From the NCBI GenBank assembly GCA_046290225.1, contig JBKAGE010000068.1:1-19054 (forward strand): a DNA stretch of 19,054 nucleotides, written 5' to 3'. The translations under genes were made by a program, and so were the position numbers. This document shows, piece after piece, positions 16,595-19,054 of the stretch. Within the stretch, counting starts at the first letter, position 1, and each line of letters starts with the position of its first letter. This stretch comes from Bradymonadia bacterium (GTDB taxonomy: Bacteria; Myxococcota_A; Bradymonadia; UBA7976; UBA1532). The notes under the pieces were generated by a model that saw nothing but the letters and a program-made list of their open reading frames with translations, was not told the origin of the DNA and did not search any database.

Positions 16595-17407
16595 ATGAAA
16601 CACGATCACACAGAACACGACGACATCGACACCTACATCAAGGCGCTCGACCCGGGAGCGACAGGCCAGGAAGAGCGCCTCGATGACGCCACCTTACTGG
16701 CCTGGCGAGCCGGCCAGTTGTCAGACTCAGAACGTGAGACGGTCATGTTGCGCCTGGCCGAGTGCCGAGCGTCTCGTGAGCGGCTCTACGCGCTGGCCCA
16801 ACAAGAGACAGACTCATCTGAGCCAGCCACGGTGGAGCCTGCATCAAACGTAGTGCCTCTACCTGCCTCCAACAGTGCTTCCCCCAACCGACGCACCTTC
16901 ATCCAAATCAGTACGGGTCTCGCAGCAGCGGCGGCATTGACTGTGGGTGTGCTCACCTACGGCGGTGGCCCTGTGGGGCAAGATGCGCCCGATTTGGAGT
17001 TTGGCAGGGCTCAGGGTGTGCGACAGACCCAGCTCGGCGACGGGCCCAACGTCGCTGGCCGAGGCACTCCACAGGCACCTCTTGAGTTCGCACCTCACGG
17101 TAACTTCAAAATAAGGCTGATGGGTCACACCACCAGCGACACTGTGGGTGTCTTCGAGGAGCGAGATGGCATACTGCACCGCCTCGAAGCTGCGACCCAC
17201 ACTCTCCCCTCCCACACTGGCGGCCCCGACGATCTCTTCATCAAGGTGAAAATTGCTCAACTCAGCGACGGAGATCAGGCCAAGCACCTGCTCATCGCCG
17301 TGGGCGACACTGCGGGTGACGTCGACGCGCTGAAGGGTGCAAAGCGCACTGTACTGGACGACGACTGGGCCCCAGGGCGCTGGTCTTCCTTCTGGCTGAG
17401 TCGCTGA
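16595..17407 (+). CDS. Putative membrane-anchored anti-sigma factor (degenerate zf-HC2/ZAS domain + TM + extracytoplasmic domain)
   Basis: Directly downstream of the ECF gene. LDDATLLAWRAGQLSDSERETVMLRLAECRASRERL matches the anti-sigma pattern L..Y..G.L...E...VE.HL..C..C. It continues with a NVVPL linker, the hydrophobic helix ISTGLAAAAALTVGVLTY and a beta-rich C-terminus. ATG 16595 follows GAGG. Confidence 0.8.
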   Translation: MKHDHTEHDDIDTYIKALDPGATGQEERLDDATLLAWRAGQLSDSERETVMLRLAECRASRERLYALAQQETDSSEPATVEPASNVVPLPASNSASPNRRTFIQISTGLAAAAALTVGVLTYGGGPVGQDAPDLEFGRAQGVRQTQLGDGPNVAGRGTPQAPLEFAPHGNFKIRLMGHTTSDTVGVFEERDGILHRLEAATHTLPSHTGGPDDLFIKVKIAQLSDGDQAKHLLIAVGDTAGDVDALKGAKRTVLDDDWAPGRWSSFWLSR

Positions 17408-17422
17408 GCAAGGATCAGCAAC

Positions 17423-18937
17423 TCAACGCAGGCCCACGACGCGGAAGCGGCCCCAATCGAGGGTACTGCCCTCCTCCACAAGTTGGGAAACCACAGTCTT
17501 GTAGGCCTTCGCGGGGTTTTGCGCCCCACCTGCAGCGAGGAACCTCTTCAGAAACTCCAGGGCTTCAGCTTCGGGCACGGCACCTTCAGCCACGAGCACA
17601 GTCTCCGTGCCCACCGCGAGGAAGGCTTCCGTGAGGCCTATGGACTCAGAGATCGCCAAACGTGCCGACTCACTGCTATGACATGCAATGATGAGGACAA
17701 CTCGAGGGCCCACACCCATTTCCAGAATGTCCATTGCGCCAAACATGGCGCCTTCAGCCAGCCCCAAACAGTTTCCTAGTTGCTCGCACTCACGATATCC
17801 ATGGCCTACGAAGATGACAGCATCGGAGCGAGACAGCTCTGAAATCAAGGCGGCACGTGTCACCTCATCTCCCATTTTCAGTTGAACAGCTGGGCCAAGG
17901 GTCTCTTCAATCAGATTGGGGAGCCCGGTGCTCATCAGGCCCAAATCGAGGTTCGGGTCACCAAAGACTGAAACGACCTCCCCTTGCTCCGACATACTTC
18001 CGAGGATTCGGTCTACGCTGGGTAAATAGCTGAGTGTCAGCTTACTGGCCCAAGGAGTCCCATGTTCATCGAGTGTCCTATGCAAGGTGTTGGCACCTGG
18101 AAACCCACCTGTAGACACATACAAGTGAGCCGACTGTCCAATGATCTGAGGCCATTCATCAAAAGCGTTACTTGGCTGCTTCAGCACCCTGAAGTACAGC
18201 CTCCCGCGACTCAGCAAAAAAGCATACCACTCACCTCGTGAAGGGTAGAGCACCAAGAGAGACTGCTCATCTGTCAGGGAGTTGGACAACTGTTGCTGAT
18301 CTACCGCCCCTATCGAAATCGAACTCGAACCTTCCTCCAGCCACTCGACAAGCGACTCAAAAGCAATGGTTCGCTCAACTCTTGCAGAAAACACACACTG
18401 TTCAAAAGCACTATCAGACACACCCGCGCACTGTTTTACGGCCCGATCGAACCGCTCTGTGGCCTGCTCAAAGTCTCTAACACACTCTAAATACTCATTC
18501 TTCCTATCACCTTCAAGACCACTCATATCAACATTAGAACCAATACTTCTAACCAATAGCCCCTGACCCCTAATTGCAACTAAAAATGCTTTATCAAAAT
18601 CATGAATCTTAACAAGGGACTCCATATAATCTCTTATTAAAGTACGCCTTGAGCCTAAAAACCGAGCTCTTCCAAGGCCAAACGGCATCATCATACTGTC
18701 ACTTATTAACTCATCAAATGCCCTCTCATATATTTCAATAGCATCCCCTAAATGACCTAATGTGCTATAAATATGACCTTGCAAAACCGAAATACGCCAA
18801 GCCCATGTAAGCTGATACTCTTGAGCCATATGAGATTGTTTTGCTTGATTCAATAGACTTACTGCATTATCTACATTCCCCTCAGCAAGAGAAATAGCAC
18901 TTCGACTAAAAAAATATGACACATGCTCGGTGAGCAC
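17423..18937 (-). CDS. TPR-CHAT domain caspase-like protease 2, paralog of 13056..15788; probably the 3' part of a longer frameshifted gene
   Basis: Collinear with CHAT1: HLYVSTGG/HVYVATGG, GTPWASKLTLSYL/GSPWAARVTLSYL, FGDPNLDLG/VGDPEENLG, IFVGHG (His 17801-17803), IIACHSS (Cys 17681-17683), GLTEAFLAVGT, W.RFRVVG. The GTG at 18937 has no clear RBS, and there is an in-frame TAA upstream at 18989-18991. Confidence 0.85.
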   Translation of the reverse strand: MLTEHVSYFFSRSAISLAEGNVDNAVSLLNQAKQSHMAQEYQLTWAWRISVLQGHIYSTLGHLGDAIEIYERAFDELISDSMMMPFGLGRARFLGSRRTLIRDYMESLVKIHDFDKAFLVAIRGQGLLVRSIGSNVDMSGLEGDRKNEYLECVRDFEQATERFDRAVKQCAGVSDSAFEQCVFSARVERTIAFESLVEWLEEGSSSISIGAVDQQQLSNSLTDEQSLLVLYPSRGEWYAFLLSRGRLYFRVLKQPSNAFDEWPQIIGQSAHLYVSTGGFPGANTLHRTLDEHGTPWASKLTLSYLPSVDRILGSMSEQGEVVSVFGDPNLDLGLMSTGLPNLIEETLGPAVQLKMGDEVTRAALISELSRSDAVIFVGHGYRECEQLGNCLGLAEGAMFGAMDILEMGVGPRVVLIIACHSSESARLAISESIGLTEAFLAVGTETVLVAEGAVPEAEALEFLKRFLAAGGAQNPAKAYKTVVSQLVEEGSTLDWGRFRVVGLR

Positions 18938-18939
18938 AA

Positions 18940-19053
18940 CTACACTATCAAGATGTTTGAGGTGGACCCCAAATCTTGGACATGTAGGTTAAATAAGACC
19001 GACATGTCGGATAGGGGTTCAAGATGGGTCGCAGGAAGCGACGAAATTTCACT
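18940..19053 (-). pseudogene. Probable upstream, out-of-frame segment of CHAT protease 2 (extends beyond the window)
   Basis: The frame starting at 19053 reads SEISSLPATHLEPLSDMSVLFNLHVQDLGSTSNILIV*. VLFNLHVQDLG aligns with CHAT1 VSLYLWLGDLD, just before the point where the main CHAT2 frame picks up (LKHLDS vs RHTLEA). Only 37 codons are visible. Confidence 0.5.
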
Positions 19054-19054
19054 C

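Noticed and set aside
13056..19054. CHAT/ECF block as a mobile element or type III-E CRISPR locus
   Set aside because: No integrase, transposase, att-like repeat, cas7-11 or array is visible. The right boundary lies outside the window, so this cannot be fully excluded.

Overview
GC-rich bacterial chromosomal window, probably from a Myxococcota/deltaproteobacterium-like organism (an impression from protein style, not established). From left to right it holds: a 3'-truncated exported protein missing from the ORF track (signal peptide, discoidin-like domain, thrombospondin type-3 repeats, hexapeptide beta-helix); UDP-glucose 6-dehydrogenase; a divergent aspartokinase followed by a REC-HisKA hybrid kinase and a soluble multi-PAS kinase; an Ntn-hydrolase (penicillin/AHL acylase family) lipoprotein coupled to a GFA/CENP-V protein; and a DUF4912-like protein coupled to a degenerate GH57 branching enzyme. 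The most interesting part is the right-hand 6 kb. There an ECF sigma factor and a membrane anti-sigma (Zn ligands lost, Tat-like RRxF motif) lie between two paralogous TPR-CHAT caspase-like proteases with intact His/Cys dyads. One protease looks like a lipoprotein. The other has an AT-rich, C-depleted TPR half and an apparent frameshift near the window edge. This suggests a CRISPR-independent, envelope-located caspase-like protease to anti-sigma to sigma signalling module. No rRNA, tRNA, CRISPR array or transposase was recognised.
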